From: Octopus sinensis
Taxonomy: Eukaryota
Assembly: GCF_006345805.1 (NCBI RefSeq)
Contig: NW_021835618.1
Location: 1-34,925 of the forward strand
Reading direction: 5' to 3'
Length of the DNA: 34,925 bases
Position 1 is the first letter of the stretch. Each line of letters starts with the position of its first letter. The notes beneath the pieces were generated by a model, which was given only the letters and a program-made list of their open reading frames with translations, did not search any database and was not told where the DNA came from. Below are positions 1 through 12,011 of the stretch, piece after piece. The position numbers and the translations under genes were made by a program.

Positions 1-133
1 GCCAACCCCAAGGAAAAACTAAGCTACGAGCATTAGATTTCTTGGAAGAACGATCGAATGTATACGAAACAGGGACAGAAAAATGGACGATGCCACACGA
101 ATATAAAATACAAAAAACAATAATGGTAAAAAT

Positions 134-460
134 GTATGTATGTATGTATGTATGTATGTATGTATTTAGCATGCTTGAAGTGCCGATGCCTTAAAAAAAA
201 CTGGTAGTTTTATGAAGGTATTGGAACTTTAAGCATGCTAGAGATAGGTCGTTTTCGCCCTTGCTCCCTCATATAATTATATACATATGTATATTATTAT
301 TAATTTAATGTATAAATCGCCTATAAATTTTATATAGCATGCGGACTACTTGATAAGAATCATTTAACGTTATTTTTATCATTATATTCTATATATATAT
401 ACAAAAAAATAAAAATATATATACATATATATATGTATGTATACACACACATATATATAT

Positions 461-491
<31 letters not shown>

Positions 492-509
492 TATATACAT
501 ACATATATG

Positions 510-541
<32 letters not shown>

Positions 542-602
542 TAAATTATATATATAACAATTACACACACGCATATATATATATGTATATTTGTAGTATG
601 TA

Positions 603-647
<45 letters not shown>

Positions 648-728
648 GTATGTATGTATATATATACATACATATATATATATATATGTACATACATACA
701 TACATACATACATACATACATACATACA

Positions 729-760
<32 letters not shown>
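134..760. repeat. Microsatellite cluster (TATG)n, (TA)n, (GA)n, (TACA)n
   Basis: Simple repeats read directly at about 134-165, 385-545 and 596-760; they account for the YI/HT/CV-type ORFs in the track. Confidence 0.95.
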
Positions 761-762
<2 letters not shown>

Positions 763-777
763 AAGAAGGAAGCAGTC

Positions 778-1140
778 AGAATGATAGCAAAAGGGGCTGA
801 TTGCTACCTAGCTCAGATACCAGGAAACCCCAAAATGGCAGAAATGCAAAAGATAGTGCTCTCGGAAACTGCTCATATCCTATGCAAAATACTTTCTATG
901 TAATCTCAAGTTTTAAAACAAACATAATTTTTGTATGGTTTTTTTAGGCATTCACTAGTATAACACTAAGTACAAAACCAAATATATGGCACCCTAGGCA
1001 TAACACCAACATGAACTTCCAACTTGTTGTCTCTTGAGGTCTCTGGTTGTGACTTGGAGCCAACTTGTACAAATGTAAAGCAAAAGTCAATCATAGAATA
1101 ATAATAATAATAATAATAATAACAATAATAATAATAATAA
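778..1140 (+). mobile_element. 5'-truncated RLE-type non-LTR retrotransposon 3' end (R4/Dong-like) with (TAA)n tail
   Basis: 781-903 reads [40 protein letters not shown], matching the C-terminal G.AHILRK.L motif of RLE LINEs. It is followed by a 3' UTR and (TAA)n. A near-identical copy lies at 22993-23340. Confidence 0.8.
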
Positions 1141-1536
1141 GGCGCAGGGGTGGCGGTGTGGTAAGTAGCTTGCTTACCAACCACATGGTTCCGGGTTCAG
1201 TCCCACTGCGTGGCACCTTGGGCAAGTGTCTTCTACTATAGCCTCGGGCCGACCAAAGCCTTGTGAGTGGATTTGGTAGACGGAAACTGAAAGAAGCCCG
1301 TCGTATGTGTGTTTGTGTGAGTGTGTTTGTCCCCCTAGCATTGCTTGACAACCGATGCTGGTGTGTTTATGTCCCCGTTACTTAGCGGTTCGGCAAAAGA
1401 GACCGATAGAATAAGTACTGGGCTTACAAAAAGAATAAGTCCCGAGGTCGAGTCGAGTTGCTCGATTAAAAGGCGGTGCTCCTCCAGCATGGCCGCAGTC
1501 AAAATGACTGAAACAAGTAAAAGAGTAAAAGAGTAA
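1141..1536 (+). mobile_element. tRNA-derived SINE family A (CORE-like central segment), full length, inside (TAA)n
   Basis: tRNA-like head (ggcgcaggggtggcggtgtggtaag...ggttccgggttcagtccc), ggcaccttgggcaagtgtc segment resembling the CORE domain, tail gaaacaagtaaaagagtaaaagag. Multiple copies in the window. Confidence 0.9.
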
Positions 1537-1590
1537 ATAGTAATAATAATAATAATAATAATAATATAATAATAATAATAATAATAATAA

Positions 1591-2146
1591 ATGCCCTGAT
1601 GCAGTACCAGGCAGTGGCTCTCATGGCTTCTGATCTTAACTGATTGGAAGTGTTATCATGTACATTGTTTTGTCTTGGTATAAAAGATGGGCTACAGCAA
1701 ATATTCTGCTCAATACCACAGATTTGCTTGTCAGTTGTTTGGCCTTAACCAGTTGAGCATGTCCCTTAGTGGCTGACGATATGTGCATCTCTGATCACGA
1801 GCAGAAGTAGTGGGGGAGCATCATGGCCATGTGTTGAGAGGGATTCTTTGGGGTTTGAATAATTCACCTCTGGAAACATAGGTGTTTCGTTCAACATCCT
1901 AAAGCAACCCTTATTCAGGGACCTTATGAGCGGGATGGGCTACTCAACCTGAAGAAAATTCTAACTGGGCCCCACCTGCAAGGTCATGTGCTGTTTATCT
2001 TGATATGAGATCACCATGTCGCGCACATATGGTTGTGATGCATGTGCCTGGTGTACCTTTATCAGACGGGTAGTCATGATGGGTATATTGGGCTTCGTAT
2101 ATTTTACCCCAGTGTCACTTTGATGGCATGAACTGCTCTCTCACTC

Positions 2147-2147
<1 letters not shown>
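1591..2147 (-). mobile_element. Unclassified ~557-bp dispersed element bounded by (TAA)n on both sides
   Basis: Sharp boundaries against TAA arrays. Its 1591-1780 portion recurs inverted at 16030-16330. No recognisable ORF; strand is a guess. Confidence 0.65.
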
Positions 2148-2208
<61 letters not shown>

Positions 2209-3258
2209 TGATGATAACCAACCACAACAACAGCAACAACAGGTTTTGTGTACACGTACGAAATAAACAAAATGGTTGAACTTTGTTTTTTCATTGGTTG
2301 ATATTCTTTACAAGTATGATTGAGGAGGACGAAACGGCATTTATCCATCAAGTATTTAACGTCTAAGTTAACTATCATATTACGGGCGAAATGCATTCAT
2401 CTCGTTATTTTACACCTGATTCGTAACACAAGCATCAAGCGGATGAAAAAAGAAAATGAAATAAGAAAAAAGGAAAACACGAAAGCCGGTGTTGTCGAAT
2501 AGGTGGTGTGACAGCAGATTTCAAAATTGTTAAGATCTTGTTAAGCTTGTTAAGGTTTTGATACAATTGTAAATTGTGTGTCGCGAACTTAAATTGAATC
2601 TGATAACAGTCTAGAAAGAAAGCGAGAGAAAAAAAAAACTGTTCTGACGTAAGTTAATTCCTGAAGAGTCTGGTCGATGTTGAACCTGCTTCGAAGAATG
2701 GTTGAAATAACAAAACAACTGTACATGTAATTTAACATGCATTTGTGGAAAGAATTATGTAACAAAAACAAGATTGTATCAACAGAAGTGAAGCGAAGAA
2801 CAGTAAAAAAATGTGATAAAAGACAAACAAAAAAAGGTTAAGAATAGCAGTACATTTTTTAGAGATAAAGTAGGGCGAAATGCCTACGTGGGGACCAGAA
2901 ACTAAAACAGCAAAAGCAGAAAAGATATGTGGAGAGAAAAGCAGAGCGAAGGCCTCAAAGTAGAGACTGAAAAACGGAAAAAAAATTAACAACTGCTGAA
3001 AGGCAGTGTATGTTATAGAGATAAAAAAATATAGGATAAAGGGCCTAGAAAGGGGGTTGAAAATTAGAACATGTATAAAAAGAATATGGGACAGGATTCT
3101 AGAGTGGAAACTAAAGTAAAAGCAGTAAAGAGGCTGCTATATGTTATATATTCTCTGAGAGAAAGTAGGGCGAAAACCATGAGAGATAATTGGAAAGTAC
3201 AAAGCGACAGCAGGTATATTGGAGTGAAGGTGAGAGGTTAATTAGTTGAATAAAAGGT

Positions 3259-3811
3259 GGTGGGAGCACTCCGTCGGTTACGACGACGAGGGTTCCAGTT
3301 GATCCGAATCAACGGAACAGCCTGCTCGCGAAATTAACGTGTAAGTGGCTGAGCACTCCACAGACACGTGCACCCTTAACGTAGTTCTCGGGGATATTCA
3401 GCGTGACACAGAGAGTGACAAGGCTGACCCCTTTGAAATACAGGTACAACAGAAACAGGAAGTAAGAGTGAGAGAAAGTTGTGGTGAAAGAGTACAGCAG
3501 GGATCACCACCATCCCCTGCCGGAGCCTCGTGGAGCTTTTAGGTGTTTGCGCTCAATAAACACTCACAACGCCCGGTCTGGGAATCGAAACCTCGATCCT
3601 ACGGCCGCGTGTCTGCTGCTCTAACCACTGGGCCATTGCGCCTCCACAGGTGAAAGAGTACAGCAGGGATCACCACCATCCCCTGCCGGAGCCTCGTGGA
3701 TTTTTAGGTGTTTCGCTCAATAAACACTCACAACGCCCGGTCTGGGAATCGAAACCGCGATCCTACGACCGCGAGTCCGCTGCCGTAACCACTGGGCCAT
3801 TGCGCCTCCAC
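3259..3811 (-). mobile_element. SINE family B with duplicated 5' head, 12-bp TSD
   Basis: Minus-strand head gtggaggcgcaatggcccagtgg...ggtttcgattccc has A/B-box-like motifs and occurs twice (ending 3647 and 3811). TSD tgaataaaaggt at 3247-3258 and 3812-3823. Confidence 0.9.
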
Positions 3812-3920
3812 TGAATAAAAGGTAATGAAGCGATGATATATACGAGGTCTGATCAAGAAGCATTGGAACTGATGCTATAAAAAGAAAACTACAACACATA
3901 TCAATTCTCCATTTAATCTC

Positions 3921-3937
3921 GTCATCATCATCATATC

Positions 3938-4025
<88 letters not shown>

Positions 4026-4027
4026 TT

Positions 4028-4104
<77 letters not shown>

Positions 4105-4174
4105 CTCATCATCGTCGTCATCGTCGTCGTCGTCGTCGTCATCATCATCATCATCATCATCATCCATCATCATC

Positions 4175-4206
<32 letters not shown>

Positions 4207-4288
4207 CCATCATCATCATCAATCATCATCATCATCAATCATCATCATCATCGTCGTCATCGTCGTCGTCGTTATCATCATCATCATC

Positions 4289-4346
<58 letters not shown>

Positions 4347-4372
4347 GTTATCACCACCATCCTTATTATCAT
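3921..4372. repeat. (CAT)n/(CGT)n trinucleotide array
   Basis: Direct reading; gives the poly-D/M ORFs. Confidence 0.95.
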
Positions 4373-4422
4373 CGTTTTTAAAATACCTGTCCTCTTCAGG
4401 AATCGAAACCCCAATCTTACGA

Positions 4423-4516
4423 TCATGTTTGGCGGAGAATTTCTACGACTTCACCAGCCCAAATTTCTGGCCTCCTAATTCCCCCGATTATAAATAATCC
4501 CATAGATTAATATGTG
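4423..4516 (+). pseudogene. Tc1/mariner-superfamily transposase fragment
   Basis: SCLAENFYDFTSPNFWPPNSPD, then after a small insertion NPID*YV, matching the WPPNSPDLNPxDY motif. Confidence 0.7.
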
Positions 4517-5774
4517 TTTGTTTGTTCCTTCTCGAGCCATGTCTGGCTCATAAGAGCCGGTTTCCCGGTTTCCTTGGCGTATAGGTTCCCCACCTGGACG
4601 GAACGCCGGTCCATCACAGGTGAGCTGCTAGATGCAGGAGGAAAGAGTGAGAGAAAGTTGTGGCGAAAGAGTCAGCAGAAGTTCGCCATTACCTTCTGCC
4701 AGAGCCGCGAGGAGCTTAGGTGTTTTCGCTCATAAACACACACATCGTCCGGTCTGAGATTCGAACCTGCAATCCCTCAACCACGAGTCCGCTGCTCTAA
4801 CCACTAGGCCATGTGCCTCCACATATATATATATATGTTTGTTCCTTCTTGAGCCATCCCAGGCTCATAAGGGCCAGTTTCCCGGTTTCCTTGGCGTATA
4901 GGTTCCCCACCTGGACGGAACGCCGGTCCATCACAGGTGAGCTGCAAGATGCAGGAGGAAAGAGTGAGAGAAAGTTGTGGCGAAAGAGTCAGCAGAAGTT
5001 CGCCATTACCTTCTGCCAGAGCCGCGAGGAGCTTAGGTGTTTTCGCTCATAAACACACATCGCCCGGTCTTAGATTCGAACTCGCGATCCCTCGACTGCG
5101 AGTCCGCTGCTCTAACCACTAGGCCATGTGCCTCCACATATATATATATATATGTTTGTTCCTTCTTGAGCCATCCCAGGCTCATAAGGGCCGGTTTCCC
5201 GGTTTCCTTGGCGTATAGGTTCCCCACCTGGACGGGACGCCGGTCCGTCGCAGGTGAGCTGCAAGATGCAGGAGGAAAGAGTGAGAGAAAGTTGTGGCGA
5301 AAGAGTCAGCAGAAGTTTCGCCATTACTTTCTGCCAGAGCCGCGAGGAGCTTAGGTGTTTTCGCTCATAAACACACACATCGCCCGGTCTTAGATTCGAA
5401 CTCGCGATCCCTCGACTGCGAGTCCGCTGCTCTAACCACTAGGCCATGTGCCTCCACATATATATATATATGTTTGTTCCTTCTTGAGCCATCCCAGGCT
5501 CATAAGGGCCAGTTTCCCGGTTTCCTTGGCGTATAGGTTCCCCACCTGGACGGGACGCCGGTCCGTCGCAGGTGAGCTGCAAGATGCAGGAGGAAAGAGT
5601 GAGAGAAAGTTGTGGCGAAAGAGTCAGCAGAAGTTTCGCCATTACTTTCTGCCAGAGCCGCGAGGAGCTTAGGTGTTTCGCTCATAAACACACACATCGT
5701 CCGGTCTGAGATTCAAACCCGCAATCCCTCGACTGCGAGTCCGCTGCTCTAACCACTAGGCCATGTGCCTCCAC
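4514..5774 (-). mobile_element. Tandem array of four full-length SINE family C units (~315-320 bp) with (TA)n linkers
   Basis: Heads (gtggaggcacatggcctagtggttagagcagcggactcg) end at 4822, 5137, 5457 and 5774; units are near-identical. Confidence 0.92.
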
Positions 5775-5776
5775 AT

Positions 5777-6019
5777 TTAATCTCCTTTGAAGTAGTTCCA
5801 TTCTGAGGTCACACACTTTGTCCAGCATTGTTTCCATTGATGGAAGCATTCCTGGAGCACCATTTGGGAATTGGCGAGATGGATTTTGATTTTTGGAAGG
5901 AGGAAAAAGTCGGAAGGGACGAGATCCAGGGAATATAGTAGTCATCGGAAGTGGGGAATGTTGTGTTTGGTCAAAAAGTACTGCACAAGGTGCGCTGATT
6001 GGACAGGTGTGGTGTCATG
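5777..6019 (-). pseudogene. Mariner transposase C-terminal remnant
   Basis: Manual translation HDTTPVQSAHLVQYFLTKHNIPHFR*LLYSLDLVPSDFFLLPKIK...FHQWKQCWTKCVTSEWNYFKGD* contains decayed HDNAPxH and YSPDLAPxDF mariner motifs and the WxKCV..G.YF end. Confidence 0.85.
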
Positions 6020-6105
6020 ATAGAGATGCCTCTCACCGGATGCATGCAATTCTGTCCAATGACCACACCCTACACACTTTACTTCCAAGCACTGCTATAA
6101 GCAAT

Positions 6106-6729
6106 AGAGCCCAGCGGTGAGCTGGCAGCATCGTTAGCGCGTTGGACGACGAAATGCTTAGCGGTATTTCACCCATAAATCCTTAAATCCTTAAAAATGT
6201 TTTAGCCTGAAGGCCGCGGCCATGCTGGGGCACCGAGTTCAAATTCCGCCGAGGTCGACTTTGCCTCTCATCCTTTCGGGGTCGATAAATTAAGTACCAG
6301 TTACGCACTGGGGTCGATGTAATCGACTTAATACCTATGTCTGTCCTTGTTTGTCCCCTCTGTGTTTAGCCCCTTGTGGGTAGTAAAGAAATAGGTATTT
6401 CGTCTGCCGTTACGTTCTGGGTTCAAATTCCGCCAAGGTCGACTTTGCCTTTCATCCTTTCGGGGTCGATAAATTAAGTACCAGTTACGCACTGGGGTCG
6501 ATGTAATCGACTTAATCCGTTTGTCTGTCCTTATTTGTCCCCTCTGTGTTTAGCCCCTTGTGGGTAGTAAAGAAATAGGTATTTCGTCTGTCGTTACGTT
6601 CTCAGTTCAAATTCCGCCGAGGTCAACTTTGCCTTTCATCTTTCCGGATCGATAAATTAAGTACCAGTTGCCCCCCCACCACCACCACCACCACCTAAAT
6701 TTCAGGCGTTGTGCCTATAGCAGAAAGGA
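6106..6729 (+). mobile_element. SINE family D, internally multimeric (~184-bp unit), 11-bp TSD
   Basis: Head ...gagctggcagcatcgttagc. Unit gtatttcgtctg...gtaaagaaatag restarts at 6395 and 6579; the element ends gtgcctatagcagaaagga. TSD ctataagcaat at 6095-6105 and 6730-6740. Confidence 0.9.
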
Positions 6730-7321
6730 CTATAAGCAATGGAAGTGAGTGAGAACGTTATATCTTAGTGTGCGTGCGATACAGAGTTCAAGGTGCGACT
6801 TCACTCGGGTTACTTTAGCTCCGTTACCAGAGCAACACTCCTGATACTTTTTAATCAGACGTCTCCATATATGGAGATAAAAGGTTATAATCCATTGATA
6901 AAACAACAAAGAAGTTGTATTTATGGTAAACACTTGTATGTTGAGGGTTCAGATATACTCCTTCTGCGAATCCAGAAGGCGATGTCTCTTGAGGCGGAAA
7001 AGCAGCTCTCACGGTAATTCAGACCTTTCTGCTTCAAAACCAGAACAGCAAACAAGGGACACCCACCGATATAGACGACAAAACTCCTATTCAACAGTAT
7101 AAACTTTTTCGGGGGTTCACGACACTCGGCCAAATGTTTCTACCATACTCAATGCTCCTTTCTGCTGTATCACTCGTCCTCCTCCACCCCTTGAGCCAAA
7201 TGTAGTTCCGGCTTTCTTGGCGGCCCCCGACAATTTTCTGGTAACGTTTTTGTCTCCTTCGCAGCAAACATAAGACTCCTAAGCATCGAATAAACCCAAC
7301 AAACCCTCTAACACCTACCTA

Positions 7322-7540
7322 TACGAGGCTGGTGCTGAAAAGTGTCTGGCTTTAAGGATATCGCAAAAGGCCTGGCTCGAGGCCCAGCCTTCCGACTTCT
7401 TTCACAGAGCTTAGAAAAACTGAAGGACCACAGCAATAAGTGTGTGAATCTGAGAGGGGATTATGTTCAATAAAATCATAATTAACTAATCCTTCTCTAT
7501 ATTCTTATACCCAAAGTTTGGAACTTTTCAGCAACCCCTA
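7322..7540 (+). mobile_element. Short mariner derivative (MITE-like) keeping the transposase C-terminus
   Basis: TIR cores tgctgaaaagt / acttttcagca. Internal AWLEAQPSDFF then, frameshifted, LEKLKDHSNKCVNLRGDYVQ*. Second copy at the window end. Confidence 0.8.
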
Positions 7541-7648
7541 ATGCATGAAGAGAAATAGGGACGATAAACCAGAGATGGGACTGAAAATATAAAGTAAAGA
7601 GATAATATCTGCTGTGCAGAAAATCAAAAGACAAAACCCTAGATTGGA

Positions 7649-7987
7649 GGAGACCCCCTTCGGTCTTGAATGACCATGGGATTACACCTAGAAAGTTACC
7701 CTCCCAGGCACAAGTCCGGGCAAAGTTGTTTATGGAAGACCAGCAGTCGCCCATGCATACCAGCTTCTCCTCTCCACACCACTGATGTTATCCAAGGGAA
7801 AGGCAAAGGGGCCGATACAACTTGGCACCAGTGATGTCACAACTCATTTCTACAGCTGAGTGAACTGGAGCAACGCGAAATAAAGTGTCTTGCTCAAGAA
7901 CACAACACGCAGCCCGGTCGGGGAATCGAACTCACAACCTCACAATCGTAAGCTCGACGCTCTAACCACTGAGCCATGCGCCTTCAC
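7649..7987 (-). mobile_element. SINE family E
   Basis: Minus-strand head gaaggcgcatggctcagtggttagagcg...gagttcgattcccc. Probable TSD acaaaac(c/t)ctaga at 7631-7643 and 7986-7998. Confidence 0.85.
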
Positions 7988-8069
7988 AAAACTCTAGAAT
8001 AGGGATTGAAAATTAGCAAAGCAGCACATATTATGTGGTGTGTCGTAGTCCTAGAAGGGGAACCTTAAA

Positions 8070-8318
8070 ATACACACACACACACTCACACACACACACA
8101 CTCACACAACACAATCACACACACACACCACTCACACAACACACAGAAGAAAGAAGAAGAAGAAGAGAAGAAGAAGAACGAAGAAGAGAAAAAGAAGGAA
8201 GAAGGAAGAAGAAGGAGAAAAAAGAAGAAGAAGAAGAAGAAGAAGAAGAAGAAGAAGAAAAAGAAGAAGAAGAAGAAGAAGAAGAAGAAGAAGAAGAAGA
8301 AGAAGAAGAAGAAGAAGA
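8070..8318. repeat. (CA)n followed by (GAA)n
   Basis: Direct reading. Confidence 0.95.
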
Positions 8319-8749
8319 GACAAGCGGGATGGAAGAGGTGCCGAGGAGGTCACATGTGTGTAACGAAAGATTTCCAAGCAATGGACATAAGATAAAATAA
8401 GAACAATAATAAACGAGTGAAGAACGAATATACAGTGCGTGTGTTTATTTGGCAAGAAAAAATGACCGTCCCGAAATATACCAGCAGCAAAGATGCATTG
8501 TGGAAATGCAGGGTGAATAGAAAACGAAGGAAATAGGAAATATGTAGTTCTTATATGGAAATAATGCGGTACGGTGACCCAGGATGGTGGAGGCTTGGGG
8601 ACATAGTATATAAATAAAAAGCCCTTAACGACTATACGAGAAACCTCCTCGGGACGGATACCACAGTTTTCTAGCTTTTTCCAATGTATCCACGATAAGT
8701 AGGATATACAGAATGCCCGTTCGTTTACGTTTTTACGATGGTAGGTTGT

Positions 8750-9252
8750 GGGTTCAAATTCCGCCGAGGTCGACTTTGCCGTTCATACTTTCGGGGTCGA
8801 TAAATTAAGTACCAGTTATGCACTGGGGTCGATTTAATCGACTTCATACCTATGTCCGTCCTTGTTTGTCCCCTCTGTGTTTAGCCCCTTGTAGGTAGTA
8901 AAGAAATAGGTATTTCGTCTGCCGTTACGTTCTGAGTTCAAATTCCGCCGAGGTCGACTTTGCCTTTCATCCTTTTGAGGTCGATAAATTAAGTACCAGT
9001 TACGCATTGGGGTCGATGTAATCGACTTAATACCTATGTCTGTCCTTGTTTATCCCCTCTGATTTAGCCCCTTGTGGGTAGTAAAGAAATAGGTATTTCG
9101 TCTGCCGTTGCGTTCGACTTTGCCTTTCATCCTTTCGGGGTCGATAAATTAAGTCCAGTTACGCATTGGGGTCGATGTAATCGACTTAATACCTATGTCT
9201 GTCCTTGTTTGTCCCCTCTGTGTTTAGCCCCTTGTGGGCAATAAAGAAATAG
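8750..9252 (+). mobile_element. SINE family D trimer, head degraded
   Basis: Units restart at 8910 and 9093 with the same aaagaaatag|gtatttcgtctg junction. Confidence 0.88.
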
Positions 9253-9804
9253 GTTGTGTGTGGAGAGAGAACATTTGGCTGCTATTTCTAACGTGACGAT
9301 GTGGCATGTGGAGGCTTTTTTTTTTTTTCTTCTCCCCGTCGACGTCCGTCGTTTGATGAGAGTACAAACAGTTTGTGAGACAAGAGACAAGAGGCAAAAA
9401 GACAAGCTGCTTTGAATTAAGTTATCAGCAGTCAGAAAACCGAATAAATAAATAAATAATAAATAAATATGGCGCTCTCGCAATATATCATGTGACACCC
9501 GGCATTTCTCAAGCAAAAAAAAAAATGACATTAAAAAATCGAAAAGAAAATAAAAAAAAAAAAAACATATCGATAACAACCCTCAAAAAAAAATCAACAT
9601 GACAACATCAACATCAACAACAACAACAACAACAACCGTATGTTATAATTGCTTTATGGTAATCTTGTAAGTGAGATCCATCTTTGAATAAGATTTTCGT
9701 TTCGCTACTTCAAATGTTATCTTTCCGCTTCCCTACCTCGAAAGTATCGCTTTCGAACGCTAAAATAACATCTTGTTTCCATCAGAGGCGCAAGCAAAAA
9801 CCTT

Positions 9805-9872
9805 GTGTTTAAGAAGCCTGCATCGCAACCGCATGGTTCCGGATTCGATTTCACACCGCGCCATCTTGAGCG
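9805..9872 (+). mobile_element. Old SINE family A head remnant
   Basis: aagaagcctgcatcgcaaccgcatggttccggattcg...catcttgagc aligns by eye to the family A head. Confidence 0.5.
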
Positions 9873-10253
9873 CTTTCTTTTTTTCCTTTTTTTCTTTTTT
9901 CGTTTTACTATATAGCCTCGAGTCACCCAGCTGAATCGTAATCTTCGAATGACAGAAATCCAACACTCACGCACACACACACACACACACACAAAATATG
10001 TGTATATACCTCGAACCCGAGAGAGACAGAGACAGGCAGAAACAAGGAAAATGCCACTTATATTTCAAAAAAATCTTTTAAAAAGACTTTTCTTTTAATT
10101 TTTCTAAATTTATTTATTTAATTGTTACAGTTGAAAAAGTCTCAATGACTGAAACCGGTACTGAAATGTTCTTTATAAAATTATTTTAGCATTTTCTATC
10201 CTGACTTGTTTTTTCATATATATCAACTCGTGTGTTCCTTTTCATCCTTATAC

Positions 10254-10323
<70 letters not shown>

Positions 10324-10339
10324 ATATACATACATATAT

Positions 10340-10397
<58 letters not shown>

Positions 10398-10921
10398 TAT
10401 ATATACTGACAGTTGAAGCACTCCTGTCACAACCTGGGACATTGAAGACTGCTTTAATGCAAGAAAGTATACTAGTCCCTTAATATTTGATATATAATAT
10501 TTCATCTATTCAATAAGACAATCAATCCTTCATTTCATTTTACTATATATATATACTATTATACTATATATTCTATATTCTACACTAATATTATAAAGAA
10601 TATAAATAAAACATAAAAAAACAACAGTGTTGGAATTTCTTTGAATAATATATATATATTATATATATATATATATAATATATATTATATATATATATAT
10701 AACCAACAACTTTTGAACTACCCTGAAATCGGTCCGATATGGTAATAACGGAATTTTTAGAAATTTCTGTCGACCTTTCGGCATATTTGGCATTAGAAAT
10801 TTTTTCGTTTGCCCTTCTTTATAAGTTGTTTATAAATTTAACCTTTAATGATATTTTTAATATGCTGGCCATTCATAAATTTTATTTTCGAAAACAACTT
10901 TTATTCTACATTAGATGTATA

Positions 10922-10992
<71 letters not shown>

Positions 10993-11225
10993 TGAAAAAA
11001 CAAATGAATAAAAATGGATTTTCTGACAATTTTTCCACTTTTCTGACATTTTTCCACTTTTCTGACAATTTTTCCATGTATATGAATAAACATGTAATTA
11101 TTGAAATGGGAAAATTATCAAAAATGTCATTTCTATTCATTTTCAAGTATATAATACTAAACCAAGGACTTTCTTTTTCTTGTTCTACAATGTAAGTATG
11201 TATATATACATATGTGTGTGTATAA

Positions 11226-11291
<66 letters not shown>

Positions 11292-11863
11292 ATGCATATA
11301 TATATGTGTGTATGTATAATAATATAAATCATATATAAATATATACATATATACATACATATATGTACATACCTACATCTACATGTATATATACATGCAT
11401 ATATGGGTACAGGACATCAAAAAACGTTGAACACAATGAGAGGTATGTATATATTTATGTATATTTGTGTATGTATAAATATTAATATATTTTCTTGGAA
11501 TGGTGGATCCCCAACCATTAAAAGCTATATATTGGTTTAAAAGTCATTTTGCAAAAGTCGAAGGCGTCCCTTTGGACACGAAACCACATCTCCAAGGATG
11601 ACAGTCATAAGCAATATGGATGGATGGATGGATGCATGGATCGATGGATCGATGGATCGATAGGCTGCATAAAGAATAGAAAATGAAGCTGATGTATTGT
11701 CGCAGATATACTCGCACGCGCACATGCACACGCATACAACACACACACACACACCACAACTCAAACAAACAAACATACATAAGAACAGGCTATCATAAGC
11801 AGCATATTTGGTAGTATTATTGAGTTTAGTATATACATATACATACATATTATATATATATAC

Positions 11864-11901
<38 letters not shown>

Positions 11902-12011
11902 TATATATATATATAATTATATATATATATATATATAATATATATATATATCTATATATATATTTATATATGCATATATATATATATATATATAAAGAAA
12001 GAAAGTTAAGA

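Larger units (their letters stand above)
3841..6869 (-). mobile_element. Internally deleted mariner element (~530 bp when reconstructed) split by two nested insertions
   Basis: Imperfect TIRs: tacgaggtctgatcaagaagcattgga (3841) and the reverse complement of 6836-6869, tatggagacgtctgattaaaaagtatcagga. TA flanks. Segments 3841-3920, 5785-6105 and 6741-6869 join through duplicated catttaatctc and ctataagcaat. Confidence 0.85.

Noticed and set aside
2030-2147. HDV-like ribozyme at the end of the 557-bp element (tacccgt resembles an L3 loop on the minus strand)
   Set aside because: Could not build P3 or P1 pairings around it.
4514-5774. CRISPR-like or tRNA-gene-cluster reading of the tandem arrays
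   Set aside because: Whole units repeat without unique spacers, the context is eukaryotic, and the heads are SINE tRNA-like regions without a complete cloverleaf.
6793-7320. Short ORFs as possible host exons
   Set aside because: They partly overlap the mariner TIR, have no recognisable domain and only weak splice signals.
11019-11077. Three copies of a ~20-bp unit ttttctgaca(a)tttttccac
   Set aside because: A small local tandem repeat with no associated structure found.
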